Shown here: positions 1-12,145 of the stretch, piece by piece
Position numbering within the stretch: the first letter of the stretch is position 1
Layout: each line of letters opens with the position of its first letter
NCBI RefSeq assembly: GCF_002105155.1
Contig: NW_019028996.1
Span: 124,001-188,000 of the forward strand
Source: Lobosporangium transversale
Taxonomy: Eukaryota
DNA length: 64,000 nucleotides
Direction: 5' to 3'
Program-made: the position numbers and the translations under genes
Notes under the pieces: generated by a model
Seen by the model: the letters and a program-made list of their open reading frames with translations, nothing else
Told to the model about the DNA's origin: nothing
Database searches by the model: none

Positions 1-2
1 AA

Positions 3-905
3 GGCGTTATCATCATCGCAGCAACTAATTTCCCTGAACTGCTAGATAAAGCATTAGTCAGACCTGGTCGCTTTGATCGGCACGTGAATGTTCCCTTGCC
101 AGACGTCCGTGGAAGAATGCAAATTTTGAAACATCATCTCAAGAATATTAATACTAGCCCCTCTGTGGACATTTCGGTAATTGCACGAGGCACCCCGGGA
201 TTTTCTGGAGCTGATTTAGCAAATCTGATCAACCAAGCTGCAATCCAAGCATCGCGTGAAGGCGTTAGTGAAGTGGGCATCAAACAATTTGAGCATGCCA
301 AGGATAAGATTTTGATGGGTGTAGAGCGACGCAGCCAAGTTGTGACGATGGAATCAAAAAAGTTAACAGCATATCATGAAGGTGGCCACGCTCTGGTAGC
401 ACTTTATACGCCAGGCGCTATGCCACTTCACAAGGCGACAATCATGCCCCGTGGAAATGCTTTGGGTGTTACTGTGCAGTTGCCAGATATGGACAAAGAT
501 AGCTTCACAAGGAAAGAGTACCTGGCACAGTTGGATGTTGCGATGGGGGGTCGTGTAGCAGAGGAGATGATTTTTGGAGCAGAGAATGTGACAAGTGGAT
601 GCTCAAGTGATATTGTCCACGCGACAAGGGTGGCCAAGGCAATGGTAACGCAGTACGGTATGAGTGATAAAGTCGGACCAGTAGCTCATACAGAAGAGGA
701 CATGGCAGTATTATCGACGCCAACGAAACAATTGATTGAATCGGAAACAAAAGGTCTGATCGAAGCTGCAAATATCAGGGTACAGCTACTGCTTAAGACA
801 CATAAAGAGGAGCTGCATCGTTTGGCTAAGGCCCTTGTAGAATATGAGACCTTAACACAAGAAGAGATTCGCCGAGCAATCGAAGGCAAACCAATTGTGC
901 GCTAG
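3..905 (+). CDS. YME1: Mitochondrial i-AAA ATP-dependent metalloprotease (FtsH/YME1 family), 3' part; gene starts upstream of the window
   Basis: Frame open from nt 3: [24 protein letters not shown] (AAA second region of homology), [11 protein letters not shown]41 zinc motif [17 protein letters not shown]; stop TAG at 903-905. Confidence 0.93.
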   Translation, partial: GVIIIAATNFPELLDKALVRPGRFDRHVNVPLPDVRGRMQILKHHLKNINTSPSVDISVIARGTPGFSGADLANLINQAAIQASREGVSEVGIKQFEHAKDKILMGVERRSQVVTMESKKLTAYHEGGHALVALYTPGAMPLHKATIMPRGNALGVTVQLPDMDKDSFTRKEYLAQLDVAMGGRVAEEMIFGAENVTSGCSSDIVHATRVAKAMVTQYGMSDKVGPVAHTEEDMAVLSTPTKQLIESETKGLIEAANIRVQLLLKTHKEELHRLAKALVEYETLTQEEIRRAIEGKPIVR

Positions 906-1200
906 AAAGAAGAATTTCTATTTCCTTTTACTTTATTTGCTGTTTCTCCTATTAATGTATTTCAGTATCCTGTCTTTACTGATCGTCTGCGCTGAAACAA
1001 ATGTAAAATACAGACCATTTTTTGTCTTCCATAACTTTTCAGGCACTGCCTGATAATATTTTCTAATCAATAAACAGATGTAATGATATCATGTTGCTGC
1101 TGAATTCCTTATGCCGGCTGTGGACCTATAAATGAAATACACTTTAATGCTTTATTGATGGGAAGAAATAGTAGGTTTCTTTTTTTTTTTTTTTTTTTTT

Positions 1201-1955
1201 TTAATCAGTTCCAATGTCCGAGATAGGAACTATCTTATAATTATCTGAAGTCCGCTGACGTCCTTGTTTATGGCTTCCTAGAATGACACTAGAGCGTGCG
1301 AACCCTGACCGTACTACGCTGGCATTGCCACTGGACCGAGCCTTCTGTGGCTGTATGGACCATGAAGTAGATAAGGAAGACGATTGTTGCTGCTGCTGTT
1401 GATCCGGGGAATGGCTGTCAAAGGTCTCCATGAGTAAAGAATCCGACTCACCATAGCTGTATCCATCATGGATCCCAGTTAATGCTTTGCCTTGTAATGA
1501 AAGATGATGACTACCTTTGATAGTGCTCTGATTACTGATACTTTCATTATTATTAATACTGCTAGAACCTGTATTGTTATCATTATTATTCCTATTATTT
1601 CCTGACCCTGATCCTGAAGTTGAAGCTAATCCTGCTCCTGATGCAGATCTAGACTGTAATTCATGATCGCTATTACCACCATTATTGCTACTACTGCCTC
1701 CACCCAGCAAGATTGGCTCCATCTCCTGTTGCATGCAAACGTATTCTCCCCCAAAGATCATGATTCCAGCTGTGGTTCCGTTCAAGGCCCACCACAGGAA
1801 ACCAGTAGGAATGTGATCTGAATAAAGACTCGTCATGATGACATGATAGAGAAGAAGCGTGAGTGAAAAGTCAAGCACCAGGCGTGCGCGCGCAACAATC
1901 TTGAGCAGAAGATAGACTCTGTCATGCAAAGGGAAAGGGAAAACATATTTAACCA

Positions 1956-1988
<33 letters not shown>

Positions 1989-2371
1989 AAATCATGACAA
2001 CCGAACCAACTGTTTATTACCCGATGATTGAGTTAAGCAGCCATGCAAGGCCCAACAGCATCCCCTGAGCATTATCGGTACGAATCTCACGATAATTAAG
2101 GATTGCGTCCAATGTAATATCCATGCCTGAGAACTTGAAGAGCGTAAAGACGATGGTGGAAATGGATATGTACCAAACAGCTTGCAGGCAAACGATTTGT
2201 GACTAAAGAGGTGTATAAAAGGCATCAGAAAACGACGAAAATAATCAGTACGAGACTTCATTTTATTTTTGTTAGAGTCCGGTTGTATGAAAGTGACAAA
2301 TGGATGGCCCATACGAGGATAAGAACAGGGTCCCATTGTGTGGCACGAAAGGATGAGTTAGAGTGCGCCAT
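1201..2371 (-). CDS. SYS1: SYS1 Golgi integral membrane protein, 3 exons, with a long low-complexity C-terminal tail
   Basis: Spliced by eye with GT-AG introns: exon1 from ATG 2371 (MAHSNSSFRATQWDPVLIL), exon2 2202-2021 (SQIVCLQAVWY...LLGLAWLLNSII), exon3 1918-1201 (IVARARLVLDFSLTL...WWALN...GGEYVCMQQEMEPI). These are characteristic SYS1 motifs. Confidence 0.85.
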
Positions 2372-4102
2372 GCGGATCGGTTAATAATAAAATTATGAGC
2401 AGAAAGTGCCAATGGAGAATCCGCTTGATGCCCTTCCCGTTATTGTTTGCGAATGTTTGGGAATCCTATTACGTTGATCTATTTGAAAGGTGAAAGGCGA
2501 AAGGCGAAAGAATGTGCTGCTTCTGAATAAAAAAATGTAAATTTCAATTATTTCAATTTCTTTCTGATCATTTTTCCTGACATTATGGCTCCTCATTCAC
2601 TTTTGCCAGATCTCCAGTCATCGCTGATACAATTGGCATACAGGTGATAATTGTTCATCCATGTCATTCAATTACTTGCTTTTTTGAAATGTCACACCAA
2701 CTTTATTGAGTTAACATCAGGACAATTTTCTTAATTTTTTGCGACATGTGCCTTGGCATTGTTCTGCTGAGATACTGAATTCAAATCCATCTCTTGAGAA
2801 TATTCATGTTAAATCATTACATTAAGTGTTGCCTGGACCATATCTGGTAATGGAACTCCAGTTCATAACTTTCTCCGCCACCCTGTCTTCTTGATGCAAT
2901 GGGGTCGTAGAGTCTTGTTACCTCGTCTTTTGTGGCAGAACTTCTTTCCACTAGATTCTTCATATCAAAATCTCAAGAATATACATAGCTCCGTTAGTAG
3001 CTTTTTAAGACGAGTCTCCTTTCGATTCAAGGATATTTTCTTTGTCACTTGTCCTGATTTTTTGTACTGAGGTAACGGATATCATAAGATTCCTTGAAAC
3101 TTTTCGGTAGGACTCTCTGGGCAATAACATTTTGAGCGGTTGAGTTGGTCGCATGTTAAGATTACAATCTGTCGGGATAGCAGAGCATACAAATAATGAA
3201 ATGACGTAGAATAATTGGCAATTGCATATTATAACAGTGGCATGTCAGTTCATGGGTGTGAGGCAAGGAGGATGAAGAACCATAATCAATTCATTGTATT
3301 AGTTTCGAAGGATACCGTGCTGGGGGGTTGTGAGAACCCTTGTGTAGCAATATTAGTAATAAAAGAGCTCAAGGAAATAATTCACTAACCACCAACTTTT
3401 CCATATATTAAATATCTACCGCCTAATGAAAGATGGCAGGACATTCCTTCCTTGGTTTGATCTCATATTCAAATGTACGAACTCCTTCAGAATAATCATA
3501 AAAATGAAGGACTAAAGACAAATAAATAGAATTCAAAGAGGACCACATCGGATAAAGAGGTTAAACTCTTGAATTGTAAAAAAAAGAAGGACATGATGTC
3601 TGACAAACACAAATTCCATGCATTGACCAGGCTGTCACCAGCCAAGGGGTTGTGAGTTAAAGAACGGCAATGTTGTTTGGTCAAGAATTAGTCAAGACTG
3701 AGTTCGTCCGTCGGAAAATCGTTTATCAGGAAGAGGTAATCCCAAAATGGAATAGTTTCGATCATTGTTCTGTTTTAACTCGAAATAATATATTTTGCAA
3801 CCGATGTTCGCGATCATATTCTTTTCCTAATTTCTAAATAGATAGTGGGAGCCTTACAATGGGGCTTTCATCACCCTCTTTCATCTTATTGCCACGATAG
3901 CATAACTAATGATATCCAAACTAATTTTGTTTCTATAGGCTTCCATGAACAGCTTGTTTCATACCCTTGAGAAACAACTATAAAAGCCAACCATTATCCT
4001 TATTGTATTCTTTTCTTTTTCATTTTACATCATTACCCGTTCATTGCAGTAGCCTTACCATAGTAACTCTCTCTATTCCCTATTCCATTTATATACATCA
4101 CA

Positions 4103-5325
4103 ATGGTTCAGAATAAGTCTGTGATCTTCTTAAAGCATCCCGTCGAGTATCCTGTTCCCGGTGAACATTTTGCTGTCGAAACCAAGGAGCTCGATGTTGA
4201 TCTTAAGCCCAATGATGTTCTTGTCCGCAATCTCTTCATTTCTCTGGATCCTTGTATGGGTTGAAACGGGTTTAATGTATTTTGGCGGCTGCTGCAGTTA
4301 TTGTACGTACAGTCCCATGAATGCTAAATGTGGCTATTTCTGGTTTCCTACATCAATAGACATGCGTGGCAAGATGAGAGATACAACCAAGTCCTACACT
4401 GCTAGCTTTGTCATTGGTGAGCCTTTGAATGGCGGAGGTGTGTCCGAGGTCATCGAATCTAAGAATGACTCTTTCCCTGTTGGCACCATCGTCACTGGCA
4501 CGGTTGGTTGGGAGCAGTACAGTGTCGTGCCCGGTGCTCAAGGTCTTCGTGCCATCCTTAATGCTCGAGATTCTAAAGTTCCACTTTCAGTCTATATCGG
4601 TGTCCTTGGAATGCCTGTAGGTCATTTTCAAGGCATTTCAGATATATAAAAAAGTCGCAGCCAGTCAACTAACAAACTTAGTTGTTTTAATTTTCCTTGA
4701 ACAGGGCATGACCGCCTATTCTTCTCTCAAGATCATTGGGAAGCCCAAGGCCGGTGAGACGATTTTCATCTCGGCTGCTTCTGGTGCTGTTGGACAGCTA
4801 GTAGGTCAAATGTCTAAGCAGCTTGGCCTTCGTGTCATTGGATCCGCTGGATCAGACGAAAAAGTCGAGTATTTGCTTAAGGAACTTAAATTTGATGCCG
4901 CGTTCAACTACAAGAAGGGAAATATCTTGAAGGAGCTCCAAGCTGCTGCACCCAAGGGTATCGACATCTACTACGAAAACGTCGGCGGTGAGACCCTCGA
5001 AGCAGCTCTGGAGGTGATGAATAATCACGGTCGTGTCATTGCTTGCGGAATGATCAGTGTCTACAACACGCCCAATCCCTATGGCGTCCGTAACCTGTTC
5101 CATATTGTTTCCAAGCGCATTACTATGCGTGGCTTCATTGTCAGCGATTTTGCTGATGAATGCGGTGCTGATTTTGCCAAAGATGTCGGGTCATGGCTGA
5201 TGAACGGAGAGATTGTCTATAAGGAAGATATTGCCGTTGGTATTGAGAATGCACCCGATGCCTTCGTTGGCATGCTCAAGGGTAAAAACTTTGGAAAGCA
5301 AGTGGTCAAGATTGCTGATTTGTAG
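4103..5325 (+). CDS. NADP-dependent oxidoreductase (MDR superfamily; prostaglandin reductase/alkenal reductase-like), 3 exons
   Basis: ATG 4103 MVQNKSVIF...ISLDP, intron ~4254-4359, YMRGKM...GVLGMP, intron ~4617-4704, GMTAY...ISAASGAVGQLVGQ...GIDIYYENVGG...GKNFGKQVV. Confidence 0.92.
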
Positions 5326-6831
5326 TTTTAGTTTTGTTTGCAGCAACACCTCTCTATTCAATCCTAAAATAAAAATCTTAACTGAAATCTGAGGAATCGA
5401 GGGAACGTTGCCACCAAATTCATCATTCCTCCTCATCTGCATTTTTTCACTTTATTTTTATCGTTCGCACCATATTTCAATCTATTACACTCTATCCAGG
5501 GAGCACTTTATAACAGAGGCATTTAAAGGAGGCGATCAAATTCCTTAATCGATCTTCGGGATAAAAATAAGGAAAGAAGACTCGATATGTATGTCCCAGA
5601 AGGATGGAACCCTTCTGATCAAGAATAACTTTTTCACTACCATTATCAGATGAGATAGCCTTAAAAAGAATGGCTATTATGTAAAAATGTTGCATTGCAA
5701 GCAATAACCGGTCTGAGTGTCATCCGCGGCACTCATGTCACTTGCATAGTCCGCATTGTCAGTCGTCTTATTTTGAGAAGCGCCATGATCAGGATGCATC
5801 CCTCCCTAAACTATGGGTTGTATATGAAGGATTTGTTAAGAGTCTGATAAAAAGAAAGTTTAAGAAAGCGTAGCGGGGCAGAATGGTCGCTATCTCTGGT
5901 TTTTCGTTCACAAATACTGCCTGGAACTCTCAGGAATGTGCTTGTGAGTATATGAAATATCGAGATGATAATGACGAGAAAAAAGGGTCAGGGAGAAAAG
6001 AACAAATAAACATCTTGACATCGATTTGCAATCCAGACATACATTTTATGCAGTACCTGCAATTGGAGCCTTGTCCTCCATCCTGATTTTCACACAAGGT
6101 TGCGTTGTAGCCCTCTCACTCTCTCTTCGGTTCTCTCTTTGGTTCTCTCTTCCCCTATTCTTCTCTTTCATATCATCCACTATATATTTTACCAGTTGAA
6201 TCGGTATCGGTATCCTCCTGTTTCCATTCTTATTTTCATCCCTTTCAGCTTACTCCTCCTCGTTTCCTTACTTTCACACACTCCATTTTCCAACACTCAT
6301 CTTGGCATCCTTTCTGATATTCGTCTATCCCTTTGTCCATTTCTTGTTTTCCTTCGCTCGTGTTTGTTCAAGGCTTAATTTTCCACCCATTATCACGACA
6401 GTCATTAACAGACATTGACATCCCACATTCTCTCACCATTTTTGGACGTTATCATTCTGGTTTTATTACACATTTATTGATTGCCTCAGGCAGGGTGGTC
6501 TCCCTTTCTCCAACAGTTGTGCAACCAACGTTGGCTTCTGTGCAATCTTTTCTCTACCACCAGTTAATAAAAGTGGCCAAAGCACATTTCGCCCATTAGT
6601 CAGAACCTAGTACACAGCATCCATATCCACGTCTTCTTTTTAACAATATTAAGATCTTATAAATTCTCGAAGGCTATTACTGACGTAGAGTCTAGAGGGG
6701 AGCCAGTGAACATCATCCCTCTCACGGGAGTTGTCCGTCCCCGTTTTCACTAGTGACATTGTCATATAGTATTCACTGTAAGAAGATAAAATTGACAACA
6801 TCGCAAAAAAAAGGAAAAAGAAAAGATAGTG

Positions 6832-7359
6832 ATGCTCACTATTGCTTTCAAGATGGCACAGTGCCTCTATTTGTGCTGTTTCTTTGTCATCCTCAGTGGG
6901 TTCGCCACCACCAAGTTGACGAATTTGACCCATGCATATCCTATCAACACAATTCTGCGGCCCCTTCGTCCCGCTCAGAAGGACATCGCTAGTCATGATA
7001 CATTAAGATCAGTGGCTTCAAATTCCGCCTCCTTCTCCCCTGCTTCAGTCGTCGACCTTACCACAGGATTTATTCAGAAACCTTTAATGCAGATAATAGC
7101 CCCTAATATGTCTTTCTTTGCAGCCCTGGATCTTCCCTCTCCTTCTTCCCCTTCTTCTACTTTGTCACCGCCATCTACCACATCGCTACCTGCAAGTAAT
7201 GACTCAGTTGCCCAGGAAAACAGTACCAATGGTAGCACACCTTTACTACTACCTACTTCGAGTTTGGCCATCGCAACTAGTCAAATCTATCATGTGGATG
7301 ATTCGCAGATGTTTGGAGCTGGAAGTAAAGAGCCCCTGACGGTATGCAGAAATATCGTG

Positions 7360-7395
<36 letters not shown>

Positions 7396-10300
7396 CGCTT
7401 CATGGACGCTAATTCTTTTTCAAAATGAACTTAGGGTGTACTGGTCGAGTGGAGGATTGCATGCGACCTTGGCGGCTCACTATCCATCTATCCTCCGACA
7501 GAGCACCCCTGGATAGCATTCGTGTCATCGGCGCTTCTTTCCAACAACCTATCAAATTCAAATGACACCAGTGAAGGAGACGGCAGAAATCGCTGTGATG
7601 TATCTATGCTTATATCTATCATTCAAGCGGTTTCAGAGCATGCTACGGGTATGATCATATACGATGATAACAAGGCAAGGGTTTCGTTTGCAGAGGTGAA
7701 AGCTCAAACAGAGCGTGCAATCCAACACATCTTTCGCAGCCAGGGTCCAGAGAATACACGAGCTTTTGAAGCCCCACTGAAGGAAGGACTCCTGACTAAG
7801 CGTGCGCTACGAGGATTTTCAAAAGGTGAAATTTTGGCCAAGATAGGAGCCTCAGAGCGACAACATAGTGAAACCTCTCAAGGTCAACAAGTCTCAACAA
7901 AATCAAGCATGAATAGTGAAGCCCCGCCTGATTCCACAGAACTCCAGGCTGAAGATACAAATTCATCTGCTGCCTTCTCCAGTACGAAATCTACGTCGAC
8001 ACAGCCTCAGCAAGCTAGGATGCCTACTATCGGGATTATGGCACTCAGTGACCCTAGATTGATCAAGATTTTAAGCACGAGCATTGCAACTGAGGGCGAA
8101 TTCGTGATTGGACAAATGACATTCACAAATCGTGCCCTTGAACCTAATAACCCTCCTACCACACCAAGAAACCCTACATCGACACATGTCCCGCCAACTA
8201 CTAACGAACATCCTATAGCGGATCGCTCATTGGGCCTCTTCTTTTGGATCGCTTTGGGATTCATAGCCTTCATTGTCAGTATTTGGTAAAGTGCCTGCCA
8301 GTGTTTTTTTTGTCCCATCTGCACTTTCATGACAAAGTATTCACTTTCTTTTTAACATATTCACTTGCATAACTTACAGGGCCGGGTTTGGTGTGATTGA
8401 GGCTCGCTCATTGTCTCATAGGAGGCGGCAGGTTGTGATGGAGAACATCAGGCTTAGGACTGTGGATCAAAAGGTTCTGGACACTTACAAGATTAGGATC
8501 TTTCAAGAGGACGACATTGTTTATACAGACGGCGAAAGTGAGGATGAGGATGCCAAAAACAATGAAAAAAACAAATCAGATGAAGTAGCAGCAACTTTCC
8601 ACAACACTGGGTCTTCCCATGGTGTAGTTGATATAACCAATTGTTTAGGACAACAACAGCACCTGGATCTTGAAAAAGTTGTTATAGATCAAGAAAACCG
8701 GAGGCGCTGCAACAGTGATACACAACTAATTGGTACTCTATACCATTGCGGGCAGCGCGTGCCCACTCGCACGGGTCTCGGCGTTCCACAAATACCAGCT
8801 ATGGACCAAAGTAGTTATGCGGGCTCTGCTAGAGGTTCGCTAGGAATGGAACGAAGGGGTGGATCCTTTGACGAGACCCTATATGGCGGGCTAGGTGCAT
8901 CCACTGGCATGCAGTCAAGCCTATTTACAGGATGTCATCCTGCGGTGAAGTCGGTTGCAGCCAAAGATCATAACAAGCGATGCCATAACTGGGTAGGAAA
9001 CAAATTTGGAAATTATGCTGACTTTGGGGACAAGAATAGTATGTATGATGATTATGTTCAAGAGAAAAAATACAAATCGCATGCACAGGAGGGATGGAGG
9101 AATTTGGAGATCGGCAGGGATATTGCGACATCATATGTCAAAAGCAACTCAAGGTCTGATGCTGGACCCAAGCTGGTAGTCAAATCGCTTGGTGGTCGCC
9201 GAAGGTCATTGCCATCCTTATATTTCGTGCCTACAGACGGAGATATAACCAAAACAACCACACCTAGAAGGGCTAGTACTGCAGGCGTTCTAGAGACAAG
9301 AGCTCTATGCTCTCAATCAACGTTGCAGCATGATGACCGTTTTACCCTGCCACGCAAGCTCAAAACAGGTCCGCTACCATTAAACATTGTCTCACTCACG
9401 GATGTGGCCACCTCAGCATCTTCTGATGATAACTCCAGTTCTCTAGAGGCCAGTATCGCTGAGTCCCTTGCTCCAGCAGAGCGGGCTGGCGAGCGTAGGC
9501 GACCAAGCTTGAGTGCAGTGATCATGTCCGACAACGGTTTTGGAGCCGCGCAACCAGATTGGCGCAGTTCACTCAGACTGATTCTCCGTAGGCCATCTAT
9601 ACAAATTCACTGGCAAGGCTCGCCAGCATCGTTGCTTTCGTCTCCTGGAGACAGAGAGTCTGAGTATGGTAGCAAAAAGCGAAGTGATCCCGATGATGGA
9701 TGTGGTGTTGGGGTACTCCATATCCACACTGATCAAAGAACAACGAGAAAACATCAGAATCAATCGCCAGAACAGCTGTACAGGAGAAGCCTCGACCAAC
9801 CATCTTCCACTCAGAGCCATCCCGATAATAATGATATGCCAATACAAAGGAAAATTTCTAGGCTTTCTCTGAATACAGGTGAAGCCCATAAGGATAAGAG
9901 CATTCATCTGAACCCTCAGCATACAATGAAGCAGCAGAGCGACAATAAACGACAGCAACAAATTGAGGGCCTTTGTGGTATTGGGAACCAATTCGTTAGA
10001 GTTCATAGCCGCAATAGCAGCACCCAACAGCAGATAAACTCAACAAGCGCTTCTGTAGAAGGCTATCCTCAGACTCGTAAATTCAATGGTAATGATAAAG
10101 GCATGGCTGTAACTACTACAGATACACTAACTGGTATGACAGGCGACAATAGTTCAGCCTCAGCTTCAGCTGCAGGACCAATAAAAACAACACAGCTTAA
10201 GAAGAGGGCCAGAAGGAGACGATATGATCCATGCGCAATCTGCCTAGAAGAATATGAAGTTGGGGATAAGTTGAGGGAGTTACCTTGCAAACATTATTTT

Positions 10301-10658
10301 CACAGCGATTGCATTGATCCATGGTTCAAAGAAGTTCATGGTATCTGTCCTATTTGTAAGAGGGACTATTCTCAAGGTGAACAGACCGATACATATTTAC
10401 ATATTGCATATTCATGCCTTTTTTTAAAACTTAATTCTAATGTGTGATTATTATTTTTTTTTTTTTTTTTTTTTTTTTTGCATCTGAGCTGCAGCATCAA
10501 GAAGGACTCCACGGACAAGGACACCAACAAGAATAGTGTCTGAAAATGAGCAACCATCTGGTATTCTGGCATTTTTATCCCCACTTTCACTCTTTGCTAC
10601 GGCATCAACAGCTAGCAGCTATTTCTTTTACACATCCGAAGCAAGCGCCTACATGTAA
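6832..10658 (+). CDS. Membrane-anchored RING-H2 E3 ubiquitin ligase (signal peptide, PA-like lumenal region, TM helix, C-terminal RING), ~4 exons
   Basis: Hydrophobic N-terminus, TM segment [24 protein letters not shown]2 [32 protein letters not shown]...CPICK; introns at ~7342-7433, ~8286-8379, 10377-~10490; last exon ends TAA 10656-10658. Confidence 0.85.
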
Positions 10659-11213
10659 TAACGACAAGTACACACGCACTACACTCTAATGCACTAATAA
10701 TCATCAGTATAGCTCTACTTTTAGTTACTAATCAATGGTGTGAGACCTGTCTGATCAGAAAATACTCCATCTTAATACATATAGTATATGCAAACTAAAT
10801 CTTTATCTTGTGCATTCAATTTTTGAAAGCATTACACATCGTTACGCGTGCAGTATCGCTTGTTAATTATTGCTTTTTATTTCGATTCAGAGCCTCGTTC
10901 ATCATAACATTTCCTGTGAGAATAAGAGTGTAATCCAAGAATAGTCGAACATAGGAAGTGGGGGCGACACGTCGTTTGTTAAATCGAGCACGCATTCAAC
11001 GAAATATCATATCCCTTTGGTCAGTTTAGTGTGCTTATATTTTTAGGAAATTAGCTTAAGTTGCTAGAAGATTCGCTTAAATAAATCCCAACTCCACTTA
11101 ACATGTCAACCAAATGTGCTCACTTTTAAATCATTTTAACTCGTAACTGTTTGTTGATATATATCTAGACACACTCAACACATCTATCAACATATACACC
11201 ATTCAATGGATAC

Positions 11214-11570
11214 ATGCCTCAACACATACACCCAAGTCTCCAAGCGCCAAGGGTAATAGTAATGGACAATGTCAAGTTCCGCAAAAGCCCAGAGATCAAA
11301 AAAGTAATTGAAGCCATGGTCTTACATTCTTGTTCCTACCCCCATATACCCCTCGCTTCAATACGACTGAATGGGTCTTTGGTCATGTTAAGGCCGATGT
11401 AAGGATCCAAGAGTTAGATAGATAAGCAAGAAATGTTAACAGAGCACGTTGAGGCAAGTCTTCGAAATATGATACTGTATTACCCCCTCAATGTGCTGTG
11501 GGTGGATGCGTGAGGTCAATAGGAACATATCAATAGCACTCAGAGGTGAACCTCTGGGTCGATATTACAG
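11214..11570 (+). pseudogene. Degenerate IS630/Tc1/mariner-type (DDE_3) transposase fragment
   Basis: RVIVMDNVKFRKS, then after a frameshift LFLPPYTPRFNTTEWVFGHVK, matching the VMDNA.FH and LPPYSP.LNPIE motifs; disrupted, no TIRs seen. Confidence 0.7.
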
Positions 11571-12145
11571 TTGAATAAAACTTAAGCGAATTTGGTTTGA
11601 AAGTTAAGTAAAATTGGTAAGCCACTTGGCTCAGTTGGTTGGTAAAATAGCACCAATGATATATAAAATAGCACACTCAATTGGTCAAAGGGATAAAACT
11701 CCAGCTGTGCGATACGATATGAAGTCATCGAGGTTACTCTGGTTGGTCGAGCGCCCAACGATTTCGAGCGCTTGGATAGAGCTGATTTCAGCTGAACAAG
11801 GTTTTGAGCCATCCCCTGTTTCTTGTAAGAGAGCTCTGCTCCCACTGCTCCCAGAACTTGGACATGTGGGAGGATACGACTGTTATTCATTTTGATAAAT
11901 TCATTTCAATCAAAAAAGGTACGTTACGAAAATTCACGCGCTTCACATCGATTTCACGTGCAGACACGATGCCATTTGTAAATCTGCCATTCTTCATAAG
12001 AGGGAAGCAAAAGAGAGAAAGAGAGAGAGAGAGAGATCGGTCCATTGTCTTCTTTTCTTAATCATTTCCATTTGTTCACCAGACAGTTTTTTTCATCTTC
12101 CCATTCCTCAGAACCATCATCATTCACTCAGTCAGGCAAAGCAGA

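Noticed and set aside
2600..3300. Possible hAT transposase relic on the minus strand (WSSI...DMVQATL resembling TRWNST.DM)
   Set aside because: Only one weak motif across a frameshift and no TIRs; not supportable without a profile search.
5883..6599. Hydrophobic short ORFs upstream of the RING gene
   Set aside because: Pyrimidine-rich promoter/5'UTR sequence producing Leu/Ser/Phe-biased spurious ORFs.
11620..11700. GGCTCAGTTGGT resembling a tRNA A-box
   Set aside because: No acceptor stem, anticodon arm or B-box follows.
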